Shown: in pieces, positions 1 to 9,591 of the stretch
Numbering within the stretch: position 1 is the first letter of the stretch
Layout: each line of letters opens with the position of its first letter
Origin: Pirellulales bacterium
GTDB taxonomy: Bacteria; Planctomycetota; Planctomycetia; Pirellulales; PALSA-1355
Assembly: GCA_963733035.1 (NCBI GenBank)
Contig: CAVTBU010000005.1
Span: forward strand, 1,120,001-1,184,000
Reading direction: 5' to 3'
DNA: 64,000 nt
Program-made: the position numbers and the translations under genes
Notes under the pieces: generated by a model
What the model saw: the letters and a program-made list of their open reading frames with translations, nothing else
Told to the model about the DNA's origin: nothing
Database searches by the model: none

Positions 1-198
1 CAGCCTTTGGACGTATCCGGGTTCGTGAACGCGGGCCAACTGCTCGTCCGAAGCGGGTTGCCAGGCGGGTTGCTGGCAGCGGCTTTCGAGGCCCGTTCGC
101 TGGAGTTGCCGCATGACTTGAATCAGCCGTTCGGGACGTTCCGGATGCCGGCCCGTGTGGTGCTCCAGAAAGAGCGGATCGTAGTAGAGTAAAGTCAT
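1..198 (-). CDS. Histone deacetylase family (AcuC/AphA-like) protein, N-terminal part; runs off window edge
   Basis: Manual translation MTLLYYDPLFLEHHTGRHPERPERL...LARVHEPGYV; HPE.P.R and VH...Y motifs are typical of the HDAC family. Not in ORF track. Confidence 0.85.
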   Translation of the reverse strand, partial: MTLLYYDPLFLEHHTGRHPERPERLIQVMRQLQRTGLESRCQQPAWQPASDEQLARVHEPGYVQRL

Positions 199-288
199 GG
201 TGCGTTGGAACTTGGGACCAGGGCGGACGGACACCGGTCGAAAACTCGCGCGAGCTGTGCAGCACGCTAGCATTGAACTGCAAACAAC

Positions 289-318
289 TTGACAAATTCT
301 AGCGAACGGTGGTACTCT
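289..318 (+). promoter_or_regulatory. Sigma70-type promoter
   Basis: TTGACA (289-294), 18-nt spacer, TG-extended TACTCT (313-318); suggests the downstream ORF starts at ATG 412/427 rather than TTG 289. Confidence 0.6.
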
Positions 319-411
319 AGAAGTTGGAAATTTTTGAAACCCCAAGCTGCATTTCAGTTTGCGCCAACCTGGCGCGGTGTCGGGGTCTCCAACGGAGAGG
401 CTTACGGATCG

Positions 412-1629
412 ATGTCCCTTCCAACCATGCGCACCGCCGCGTCGTTGCCGCTGTTGGGCCTGATTTCGGCTCTGGGCGTCGTCGTTTTTGCGGATGAGGT
501 CGCGGCGCAGCAGCCTATCGCCCCATTTACGATTCAAAAGATCCTTCGCACCCCCGGCCCATTGAGTGCCGCGGATGCGAAGACGCTAGACACCTACCTG
601 AAGAGGCAAGTGTTTGGGGCCTTGCTCAAGGGTGGAAACGGCCTACCCGGCATTCGCAAGGACTTCGGCAACATTGTGCGAGGTGTTGACAAGACGCCGG
701 CACACGATTTCTTGACCGATAAAGCATGCAAATATGCCAGTTTCCTGGCGGGGCCAGGAGGCAAGAAATTCAAACCGGTGGCAAGATACAACGCCATGCT
801 CTTGCTGGGCGATCTGAATGAAAACGACGCCGCCAATCAGATTAAACCGCTCCCAGACGCGCTCCCCCATTTGTATAAGGCGATCTTGCTGCCGCCGGAC
901 AGCGACGACGTTTTTCTGAAACCTGCTGCTTTGATCGGCATCACGCGGTTTGCACGAGAGAACGGACTACCGCCGAGAGCGATTCCGGCAATCACCGAGG
1001 CGTTGCTTAAGATTGTCAACCAGGCCGACCCACCGGCCGGTCGCAGCGCGTCGGCCAACAATTTTATCCGCCGCGGTGCTGCTCGGGCATTGGCCGCCAT
1101 CGGCAGCCCGGGTCCGAAAAACGAAGTACTCAACGCATTTGCGGACATCGCCGCCGATGCTCATGCGCGAATTACGCTCCGCTGCGAAATGTCGCAATTC
1201 ATCGGCGAGTTGAAGATTCCGCCGAATTCGGGCGCGGATCTTAAGGGGCTGGCTAATACGATCGGCCACCAGACCGTCGAGATTTGCCAGCAGGAACTCG
1301 ACCGAGCGACCGCGGCCAAGGAACCGCCGTCGCGAAGGATTTTGATGTATGCCTTGGATAGCGGATACCTTGGGTTGTCTGGGCTCGCTCGTTCCGCGGA
1401 AACCAACGCCGAGGCCGCGAAATTCATCGGCGACGTGAAGAACAAGACTTACTCATTGTACAAGATGCTCGACAACACCGAGCAGACGCCGGACGAGCAG
1501 ATCGCTGAAAAAGTCGGTCCGGAAATCGACAGCATTGAAGGCTTGCTGCTCGCCAAACCGGCGGCAGCGGCGCCTATGGTGGCGGTCGGACCGACCGATG
1601 CGGCAACGCAACCGGTAAAAACGAACTAG
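412..1629 (+). CDS. Secreted hypothetical protein, alpha-helical/HEAT-like
   Basis: GGAGAGG RBS before ATG 412, signal-peptide-like N-terminus, helical repeats such as RRGAARALAAIG. Confidence 0.7.
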   Translation: MSLPTMRTAASLPLLGLISALGVVVFADEVAAQQPIAPFTIQKILRTPGPLSAADAKTLDTYLKRQVFGALLKGGNGLPGIRKDFGNIVRGVDKTPAHDFLTDKACKYASFLAGPGGKKFKPVARYNAMLLLGDLNENDAANQIKPLPDALPHLYKAILLPPDSDDVFLKPAALIGITRFARENGLPPRAIPAITEALLKIVNQADPPAGRSASANNFIRRGAARALAAIGSPGPKNEVLNAFADIAADAHARITLRCEMSQFIGELKIPPNSGADLKGLANTIGHQTVEICQQELDRATAAKEPPSRRILMYALDSGYLGLSGLARSAETNAEAAKFIGDVKNKTYSLYKMLDNTEQTPDEQIAEKVGPEIDSIEGLLLAKPAAAAPMVAVGPTDAATQPVKTN

Positions 1630-1719
1630 GTTCGCGACGTCCCAAGGATGGGTGCGTCGGACACGAAGTCACATCTCCCCAACAATACACTTCTCCACTT
1701 TGGCAAAAGGATTTGCCCT

Positions 1720-2829
1720 ATGGACACGTCCCAAGGCTGGGTCAGTCGTGCGTCCACGTTTTCCGCAGGCCTCCACGTTGCGCTCCTCATTGCGCTGGTA
1801 AGCGGATGCCGCAATCACCCGATCAATCCGTTCTTGGCGCACGAAAACCCGACGTTCAAGGAAGACTTTGAAAATCCCAACTCCGAGCTTGAGGACCCGC
1901 TGGCCGACTCGTTGACTCGCCTCAAACAGCGCGGCGAAGAATTCCGAGACGCCGCAGCCACGGCGACCGACGCGGCGCAGGGACTGCATGACGATGCCCA
2001 GGCGGTTGCCCACGATGCGCTCTCCGAAACCCGACAGGCCCTAGCCACTTCGCTACAGACGGCCGAGCACGAGGGTCGACAACTCGCCAACGATACGGTG
2101 GCGGCAGCCAATGCCACCGTGCGCGAGGCGAGTACCAACGCCCAACGACGCGCCGTCGAATCGCTCGAGGAGCTGCCATTGGAACAGGCCGGGCCGATCC
2201 TGCTGATCACGATGGCGCAGGGCCCCCCCGCCGCGCAACAAGCCGCCGCCGAACAGCTCGCCCGCCGCTGGCCGCCGGCCGCCGGCTATTCGGGTGAAGG
2301 TGCGGCCGAGCGTCGTGCCGAGGCCGCCGCCGCACTACGTGCCCGATGGATCGAACAATACGGCCAGATCGACGAAGCCGTGGCCGTTGCCCGGGCCGAG
2401 GCGGCGCGCACGATTGACGATGCGGGACAACTGCTCGGCGACGCGACGGGAGTCGTGCAAGCGGCCAATCAACAGATGAGCGACGTGCAAGGAACTGTCA
2501 ACGCCTATCACGAAGCGAACCCGCCGGACGCCACGAGTCAGTAACTGGCGCAATCGCTGGATCAGCTAGCGATGGATGCCGACACGCCAGTTCGCGTACA
2601 GGCGGCGCAGGCCATGGGTCAGCTGGCGGATCCTGTGTTTCTACCCGCGCGGATGACGGTGCCGAATGATAAACCGGATGCTCAGGCGGCAACGCTGGCG
2701 AGCCTGACTCGCGTCGCCGGACGTGACATCACGATCCGGGCCGACGGCAAGCCGACTAGCAACCAGGAAAAGGCTCGCGTCTGGGAACTCTGGTATCGCG
2801 ACCAACAAGACGCAACCGCTCGTCGGTAA
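1720..2829 (+). pseudogene. HEAT-repeat lipoprotein interrupted by in-frame TAA at 2542-2544
   Basis: Lipobox LVSGC; ORFs 1648-2544 and 2572-2829 share a frame; HEAT-like VRVQAAQAMGQLAD lies after the stop. Confidence 0.5.
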
Positions 2830-2849
2830 CGCAACACTTTCCCGCGAGT

Positions 2850-3374
2850 TCAACCGGCATCCACGGCCAGCTCGCTGGACGGTGCAGCGCGGAACTGCGT
2901 CGCGACGGCGTACAGTCCAAAGAAGCCGGCGGCGAACAACAGATCGCTGGTCATCGAGTTGGCGAGGAAGGGCACTGCCACGGCATAGCACTGCGTGAAG
3001 CCCGCGGCCGTATGAGGATACCAGGCATACCATACGGCAAAGTTGCTCAGTGCGAACGCGGCCAACGATGAGGAAATGGCGCCGCCGCCCACCGTCAACG
3101 GCGTCAAGCCGCGGCGAAGCACGCTGCGCCAGGCGATTGGCAGGCAGTAGGAGGCGTACACGGCAATCATGATCGCCGTGCTGTAGCCCCCCAGAAACAG
3201 ATCGCTGATCGACATCGACAACAGCGGAACCGCCAGCGCGGTCGCTCGGCTGCGGAAGAAGAATCCGGCGAACAAGGCCGACGCGGTCACGGCATTGAAG
3301 TTCGGCGTTTCGCTCATTAGCCGCACCGCTACGGAAACACCCACCAACGCCACGAACACCAGGCCGCGTGTCAT
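2850..3374 (-). CDS. DUF6580-like membrane protein (ECF S-component-like, putative vitamin B12 uptake)
   Basis: PNF..V.A.ALF.G, PL..M.ISD, F.LSNF.VW and CY..A.PF motifs; about 5-6 TM helices. Confidence 0.7.
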   Translation of the reverse strand: MTRGLVFVALVGVSVAVRLMSETPNFNAVTASALFAGFFFRSRATALAVPLLSMSISDLFLGGYSTAIMIAVYASYCLPIAWRSVLRRGLTPLTVGGGAISSSLAAFALSNFAVWYAWYPHTAAGFTQCYAVAVPFLANSMTSDLLFAAGFFGLYAVATQFRAAPSSELAVDAG

Positions 3375-3476
3375 ATCGTCCCGCTTCACGTCACCGCTCC
3401 TCAATCCAGAGTTAATCGTCGATCGCTGATGCGTCCCGGAGAAATCCGCGCGGAGTTGCCACGCTGCCCGGCAGCG

Positions 3477-3890
3477 CTATTGATTGTAGTCGTATTCTTT
3501 GAACTCCCACAAGATGGTGTCGCCCGCCTTCAGTTCGTAGCTCCCCGCACCGACGTCCGCCGGCTTGCCGTTGACCGAGTAGAGCCAATTCCTGCCGCTT
3601 CCCTCATTTTTAAGGCCGCCAATCTCGGTGATCAGCGCCGAGCGTCCCCGACCGCGTTGCCTCACCTTTGGCCCGCGGGGATGTTTTTCGGCCGCTGCCA
3701 GCGCGTCGACCACGTTCATTCCGTCGTTCCAGGGAAGTGCCGTGTAGTGAACCTGCACGCCGTCGCCGTAGTCGACGACCAGCCGGACCGTTGGGCGAGC
3801 GTCGGCTGCGGTCAGAACCGCTGGCATGAAGGCCAGCCAGACGACGGCCACCGCCAGCCACGGAAATCGATGCCTGAGTTCTGCGCTCAT
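3477..3890 (-). CDS. DUF4430 / transcobalamin-like C-terminal domain secreted protein
   Basis: Signal peptide; ITEIGG..N...W.YSVNG..ADVGA..Y.LK.GD.I.W motif. Confidence 0.8.
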   Translation of the reverse strand: MSAELRHRFPWLAVAVVWLAFMPAVLTAADARPTVRLVVDYGDGVQVHYTALPWNDGMNVVDALAAAEKHPRGPKVRQRGRGRSALITEIGGLKNEGSGRNWLYSVNGKPADVGAGSYELKAGDTILWEFKEYDYNQ

Positions 3891-4147
3891 TCGCCCTATC
3901 TCCCGCACTTCATTGAAGAAAGCGTCGCCAGAGGTTGACCTGTAGGATAGCGCCGGAGGGTGAATTGTCAAACCGCCTGCGGCCCGCGGCCCGTCGCGGC
4001 CGTCCCCGCGGTCGGGCCCTTGATGCTGATCGGCCCGAGCGGTATGACTATCGGTTTGCGGATTTGCACGTCCTGCACGCCCGCCCACGTCGCGGGTCCC
4101 CTCGTGAGGCGTTTCCCGGTTGATGCCAGGCGAAAGGTAATCGAATT

Positions 4148-6292
4148 ATGGCCGACGCAGGTTACATGAAGCTCAGCACCGAAGACAAAGACATTGCGGT
4201 GCTTACCCTCGACGATCCGCGCGGCAGCGCCAACGTGTTGTCGCGAGCCGTGCTCGAGGAACTGGAAAAAAACCTGAACGAGCTCGAAAAGCGGAAGGAC
4301 GTGGCGGGACTTGTCATCCGCTCAGGCAAGCCGGGCGTGTTCATCGTGGGTGCGGATATCCGCGAATTCGTAGCCAATATTGACGCGCCGAAAGATCAAA
4401 TCGTCGAGATGTGCAACCACGGCCGCCGGCTCTTCCAACGGCTGTCGAAGCTCCCCTTCCCGACGGTTACCGCGATTGTCGGCCAATGCGTCGGTGGCGG
4501 AGCCGAGATGGCACTCTGGTGCGATCGCCGCGTGATGTCCAGCGACTCGAAAGCGATGTACGGCTTTCCGGAAGTGAAGCTCGGTTTGCTGCCCGGCTGG
4601 GGTGGCACGGTCCGGGCACCGAGAGTACTGGGCCTGTCAAACGCCGTGGAACTGGTCACCGGTGGCGAATCGATTGGCGCCGACGCCGCCCAAGTGATGG
4701 GGCTGATCTGCGATTTGGTTCCCAGTGAACACCTGCTGCAAGCGGCGATCAACGTGATTCGCGCTGAACAAAAGTCCGGCCAGTGGAAGAAAGATCGCGA
4801 GCTGTGGAATGGCCCGATCGACATGAGCGATACCGAACTTGGTTTCCTGGGCGCCACGGCCTCGGCCATGATTCAGGGAGCAACCGGCGGCCGGTATCCG
4901 GCCCCACAAGTCGCACTCGAACTGATGCTCGAATCGGCCGGCCTGGACGCCGACGCCGCGGGCCTGGCCGAAGCGAAGGGCATGGCCAGCCTGTTCGGCA
5001 GCCCAATCAACCGCGCGCTGCTCAACGTGTTCTTTCTGACCGATCGGAATAAGAAAGACACCGGAATTGATCGCAAGGACGTCAAGCCCGAACCCATCAG
5101 TTCGGTGGCCGTGATCGGGGCGGGCATCATGGGGCAGGGTATCGCCGCGGCTACCCTTAAGCGGCATCTGCCGGTGATGCTGGCCGACGCCGTGCCGGCA
5201 GCATTGAGCAAGGGCGTGGCGCAGATCTTGGAAGAAGTCTCCTACGACAAAACCAAGAAGGCCCCCGACGCCAAGAAGGCGGTCAAGTTTGCCGGCTTGC
5301 TGAATGCCGCCACGGTCGACGCCGAATTGGCGCCGGCCGACCTGGTGATCGAAGCCATCGTCGAAAACCCCGAAGTCAAGAAGCAGTTCTATGCCCGCGT
5401 GGAACCGCTATTGAAGGACGACGCGATCCTGGCATCGAACACGTCGACAATTCCGATCACCAAGCTCGCCGATGGACTGAAGCGGCCCGAACGGTTCTGT
5501 GGGATTCACTTCTTCAATCCAGTGCGAAAGATGCCGCTGGTGGAAGTGATCCGCGGCGAAAAGACCAGCGACGAAACCGTGGCGACGGCCGTGGCGTATG
5601 CCAAGAACATTGGCAAGTCGCCGATCGTGGTGAACGACGGTCCCGGCTTTTTGGTCAATCGACTGTTGTTGCCGTACATGAACGAAGCGCTCGAATTGAT
5701 TTCCGACGGCGCCGAGGTGAAAGCCATCGAGCGGGCGGCCAAGGAGTTCGGCATGCCGATGGGCCCGATTACGCTCTACGACGTCGTCGGTCTGGACACC
5801 GCGTTCTACGCGGGGCGCGTGATGTACGAAGCGTTCCCCGACCGAACGGTCGCCTCGCCGATTCTTGCCGCGATGGTCAAGTTGGGACGATTCGGCCAGA
5901 AGTCTGGCTCTGGTTTCTTTGCCTATAAGGACGCGCGGGGCCGAGGAACACCCGACCCCGAAGCGGAAAAGATCGTCAAGCAGTACGTCCGCAAGGAACA
6001 GAAGTTTACCGGCGAGCAGATCACGCATCGGCTGTTCCTGCCGATGGTGCTGGAAGCCACGCGAATTCTCGAAGCCAAGGTCGTGCGAAACGTCCGCGAC
6101 GTCGATCTGGGGCTGATCTTCGGCGTTGGCTTCCCGCCGTTCAAGGGTGGTCTGCTGTTCTGGGCCGATACCCTCGGCGCGGCCAAGATTGTTGAACTGC
6201 TTAAGCCGCTCGAGAGCCTCGGACCGCGGGCACAGCCCACGCCGATGCTGCTGGAAATGGCCAAGAACGGAAAGAAATTCTACGACATGTAG
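4148..6292 (+). CDS. fadB: Fatty acid oxidation complex subunit alpha (enoyl-CoA hydratase/3-hydroxyacyl-CoA dehydrogenase)
   Basis: GGGAE, PEVKLG, GAGIMGQG, SNTS, HFFNP, PGFLVNR motifs. Confidence 0.95.
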   Translation: MADAGYMKLSTEDKDIAVLTLDDPRGSANVLSRAVLEELEKNLNELEKRKDVAGLVIRSGKPGVFIVGADIREFVANIDAPKDQIVEMCNHGRRLFQRLSKLPFPTVTAIVGQCVGGGAEMALWCDRRVMSSDSKAMYGFPEVKLGLLPGWGGTVRAPRVLGLSNAVELVTGGESIGADAAQVMGLICDLVPSEHLLQAAINVIRAEQKSGQWKKDRELWNGPIDMSDTELGFLGATASAMIQGATGGRYPAPQVALELMLESAGLDADAAGLAEAKGMASLFGSPINRALLNVFFLTDRNKKDTGIDRKDVKPEPISSVAVIGAGIMGQGIAAATLKRHLPVMLADAVPAALSKGVAQILEEVSYDKTKKAPDAKKAVKFAGLLNAATVDAELAPADLVIEAIVENPEVKKQFYARVEPLLKDDAILASNTSTIPITKLADGLKRPERFCGIHFFNPVRKMPLVEVIRGEKTSDETVATAVAYAKNIGKSPIVVNDGPGFLVNRLLLPYMNEALELISDGAEVKAIERAAKEFGMPMGPITLYDVVGLDTAFYAGRVMYEAFPDRTVASPILAAMVKLGRFGQKSGSGFFAYKDARGRGTPDPEAEKIVKQYVRKEQKFTGEQITHRLFLPMVLEATRILEAKVVRNVRDVDLGLIFGVGFPPFKGGLLFWADTLGAAKIVELLKPLESLGPRAQPTPMLLEMAKNGKKFYDM

Positions 6293-6400
6293 CGAAAACG
6301 CGGGGCGGTTCGCCCCGGACTTGTAGACCCGGATAGAATGCATCATGCCAGGACCTGCCGGTCCTGCCCCTTCTCAAGAATATCGCGAGGTAGCCTGCCG

Positions 6401-7558
6401 ATGAAACGCGCCGTGATTGTCGATTGCGTACGAACGCCGATTGGCCGGGCCCACAAGGAAAAGGGCATTTACCGCGACGTCCGATCCGACGATCTGGCGG
6501 TGCAGGTGGTGCAGGCGATCGTCGAACGAACCGGCATCAACATCGACGAGATCGAAGATGTCGTGATGGGCAACACGCAGCAGCAAGGCGAACAGGGCAT
6601 GAACGCGGCCCGCGTCGTCAGCCTGATGGCCGGACTTGCCACGCACACCGGCGGCACCACGGTCAACCGGCTTTGCGGTTCGGCCCTGCAGGCGATCAAC
6701 CAGGCGTCTCATGCCATCATGGCCGGCTTCGAAGACGTGCAAATCGTCGGCGGGCTCGAACATATGGGGCACATTGCCATGGACGCCGGCGTCAATTTGA
6801 ACCCCAAAATGTTCCATCACACGTCGAAGGGTGCGTTGGCGATGGGCGTTACGGCCGAGTTCCTGGCCCAGACGCAGGGCATCTCGCGCGAGGAGCAGGA
6901 CCAGTTCGCCCTGCGGAGCCATCAATTGGCCGCGGCGGCCCATGCCAACGGAGAGTTCAAACGAGAAATCGTGCCGGTCTACGGCCGCGATGAGGCCGGC
7001 AACCGGATTCTCGCGGAGGTCGATCAGTGCGTGCGTCCGGATGCGAGCCTGGAAAGTCTCGCTGCTCTTAAGCCGGCGTTCATGCCCGGAATGGGCACCG
7101 TCACGGCCGGTAACAGCTCGCCGCTCAACGATGGTGCCGCGGCCCTGCTGGTGATGTCGGAGGACAAGGCGAAGTCGCTGGGGCTCAAACCGCTGGTACG
7201 CGTCGTCGCCACGGCCGTGGTGGGCGTCGATCCGGCCGTGATGGGCACCGGCCCGGTGCCGGCCACCAAGAAGGCCCTCAAGCGGGCCGGCATGCAGCTT
7301 TCGGACCTGGACGTCATTGAACTCAACGAGGCCTTTGCATCGCAGGCCATTGCCTGCATGCGGATGCTGAAGCTGGACGAGTCGAAGGTCAACGTGCGGG
7401 GCGGTTCCGTAGCCATTGGCCATCCGCTGGGTGCCAGCGGTGCCCGCATTACGACGACGCTCGTCAACAATATGGTCGATCGAGGCGCCAACGTCGGCCT
7501 GGCAACCATGTGCATCGGCGTCGGACAAGGCATCGCCACGATTTTCGAACGCGTTTAG
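6401..7558 (+). CDS. fadA: Acetyl-CoA C-acyltransferase (3-ketoacyl-CoA thiolase)
   Basis: NRLCGS, NEAF, GHPLGASG, CIGVGQG motifs. Confidence 0.95.
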   Translation: MKRAVIVDCVRTPIGRAHKEKGIYRDVRSDDLAVQVVQAIVERTGINIDEIEDVVMGNTQQQGEQGMNAARVVSLMAGLATHTGGTTVNRLCGSALQAINQASHAIMAGFEDVQIVGGLEHMGHIAMDAGVNLNPKMFHHTSKGALAMGVTAEFLAQTQGISREEQDQFALRSHQLAAAAHANGEFKREIVPVYGRDEAGNRILAEVDQCVRPDASLESLAALKPAFMPGMGTVTAGNSSPLNDGAAALLVMSEDKAKSLGLKPLVRVVATAVVGVDPAVMGTGPVPATKKALKRAGMQLSDLDVIELNEAFASQAIACMRMLKLDESKVNVRGGSVAIGHPLGASGARITTTLVNNMVDRGANVGLATMCIGVGQGIATIFERV

Positions 7559-7800
7559 TTCGCGGCCAAACCGCGCGAAACGCAGTGCGGTGGGGAATTC
7601 GACGAGTCGTGTTGCTTTTCCGCAAGGTCGGGCCAGTGTGGCGGCAAGCAGCCCGGCGAGGTGAGCGGGAAAAATCGAACCGCACACCTGGCCGCGCGCT
7701 ACCAATCGTATTTTTCCCGTGATATCTTGAGGGGCGGCGGGTCTCCCCATCCAACCGCCTCGGTCCGGGCAAGCTTTTTTTCTTCAGGCTAGGAATCGCC

Positions 7801-9471
7801 ATGCACGACGAGACGCACGATACCATTCCCGCCATGTTCAGCCGCCGCGTGGCAGCCGACGGAGACCGGCCCGCGCTCTGCTTCCGCAAGGACGGAGAAT
7901 TCACCGCGCTCACTTGGAACGAAGTCGCCACCGAATCGCGTAAGCTGGCCGCGGCGCTGGCGAAGCTGGGGGTGAAGCCCGGCGACCGCGTCGTGCAGGC
8001 GTCGGAGAACCGCTACGAGTGGATTCTGCTCGACCTGGCCATCCACATGGCGCACGGCATCCACGTGGCCGTGCACGCCACACTCACCGGCCCGCAAATT
8101 GCCTGGCAAATCGAAAACTGCGGCGCGAAGCTGGTCGTCGTCTCGGGTCCCGAGCAGGCGCAAAAGCTCGCTGCCGCGGCAAGTCAGATTCCCAAGGACG
8201 TGAAGTTCGTGTCGTTCGATAAGTGCGACGGCGAAATTCACGGCCAACCCATTCAGCAGCTCGCTGAAATCACCGCGCAGTGCACCGAAGAGGAGGGCAA
8301 GCAGCTCGAGCGGCAGGCGGTTGAGCAAACGACGCCCGACGATTTGGTTACGATCCTGTACACGTCGGGCACCACCGGCGAGCCCAAGGGAGTGATGCTT
8401 TCGCATCGTAATTTGACCTCGAATTGCCACGCGGTGATGTTGGCCTTCACGGCGGAGCCCGATGACGTACGCTTGAGCTGGCTGCCTTTGTCGCACATTT
8501 TTGCCCGGACTAGTGATTACTATTTGTGGATATGTTCGGGCGGCGAACTGGCGCTGTGTGCAAGCCGTGAGGAGATCATTCCCGACTGCCAGGCGATCAA
8601 GCCGCATTATCTCAATGGCGTGCCTTATTTCTTTGACAAGGTGATGCGCACGCTGCAAGAAAAAGGGGCCGCCGATGTGCCGGGGGCGCTGCAGGGCGTT
8701 TTCGGCGGGCGCATCAAAATGTGCTGCGCCGGTGGCGCGGCCCTGCCCGACCACGTGAATGCGTTCTATCTCGAGCGCGGATTCACGCTCGTCCAAGGCT
8801 ACGGGCTGACCGAGAGTTCGCCTGTGATCAGCACCGGCACGATGCAGGAGCATCGCATCGGCACCGTGGGCAAGCCGATCCACGGTGTCGAAGTCAAGAT
8901 TGCCGACGACGGAGAGATTCTCACGCGTGGTCCGCACGTCATGGTCGGATACTGGAACATGCCGGAGGATACCGCCGCCACGATTCAGGACGGTTGGTTG
9001 CACACGGGCGACCTTGGTGAAATCGAGGATGGCTTCCTGAAGATCACCGGCCGTAAGAAGGAACTGATCGTGACGGCCGGCGGCAAGAACATTGCGCCCA
9101 ACTACATAGAGGCATTGCTGACCGAGGATCCACTGATCATTCAAGCGGCCGTGTTCGGTGACGGTGAAAAGTACCTGGCGGCCCTGATCGTCCCCGATCC
9201 GGATGCCCTGCGAGCCGAAATCATGAAGCGGCAGATCCCAGTTTTCAGCCCGGCCGAGGCGCTGGCGCACCCCGACGTGAATGCCATCTACGCCGAGCGG
9301 ATCAAAGCGCGGTTGGCGGACGTCTCGCACTCCGAGCAGGTGCAGAAGTTCACGTTGCTGTCGCGGGGTTTTACGCCGGAAACGGGGGAATTGACATTCA
9401 AGCTCAGTCTGAAACGGGAGGTCGTGAAGGAAAACTTTGCCAAGGAAATTGCCGCAATGTACTCCAAGTAA
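7801..9471 (+). CDS. fadD: Long-chain fatty acid-CoA ligase (AMP-dependent synthetase)
   Basis: YTSGTTGEPKG, GYGLTE, TGDLG, GRKKE motifs. Confidence 0.9.
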   Translation: MHDETHDTIPAMFSRRVAADGDRPALCFRKDGEFTALTWNEVATESRKLAAALAKLGVKPGDRVVQASENRYEWILLDLAIHMAHGIHVAVHATLTGPQIAWQIENCGAKLVVVSGPEQAQKLAAAASQIPKDVKFVSFDKCDGEIHGQPIQQLAEITAQCTEEEGKQLERQAVEQTTPDDLVTILYTSGTTGEPKGVMLSHRNLTSNCHAVMLAFTAEPDDVRLSWLPLSHIFARTSDYYLWICSGGELALCASREEIIPDCQAIKPHYLNGVPYFFDKVMRTLQEKGAADVPGALQGVFGGRIKMCCAGGAALPDHVNAFYLERGFTLVQGYGLTESSPVISTGTMQEHRIGTVGKPIHGVEVKIADDGEILTRGPHVMVGYWNMPEDTAATIQDGWLHTGDLGEIEDGFLKITGRKKELIVTAGGKNIAPNYIEALLTEDPLIIQAAVFGDGEKYLAALIVPDPDALRAEIMKRQIPVFSPAEALAHPDVNAIYAERIKARLADVSHSEQVQKFTLLSRGFTPETGELTFKLSLKREVVKENFAKEIAAMYSK

Positions 9472-9591
9472 AGGAGTTGCGCGGCCACTTCCGTGTTTCA
9501 CATTTTATGTTAGAATAATATCTACCGACCGGTTGGAAGGTAGTTCAAAACCGAGGGTCGATCCCGTCACTTTTCCTTTTGCGAGAGAGTC

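Noticed and set aside
3891..4147. Cobalamin riboswitch upstream of the DUF4430/DUF6580 pair
   Set aside because: No recognisable GGGAA...GCCACTG...B12-box motifs on the minus strand
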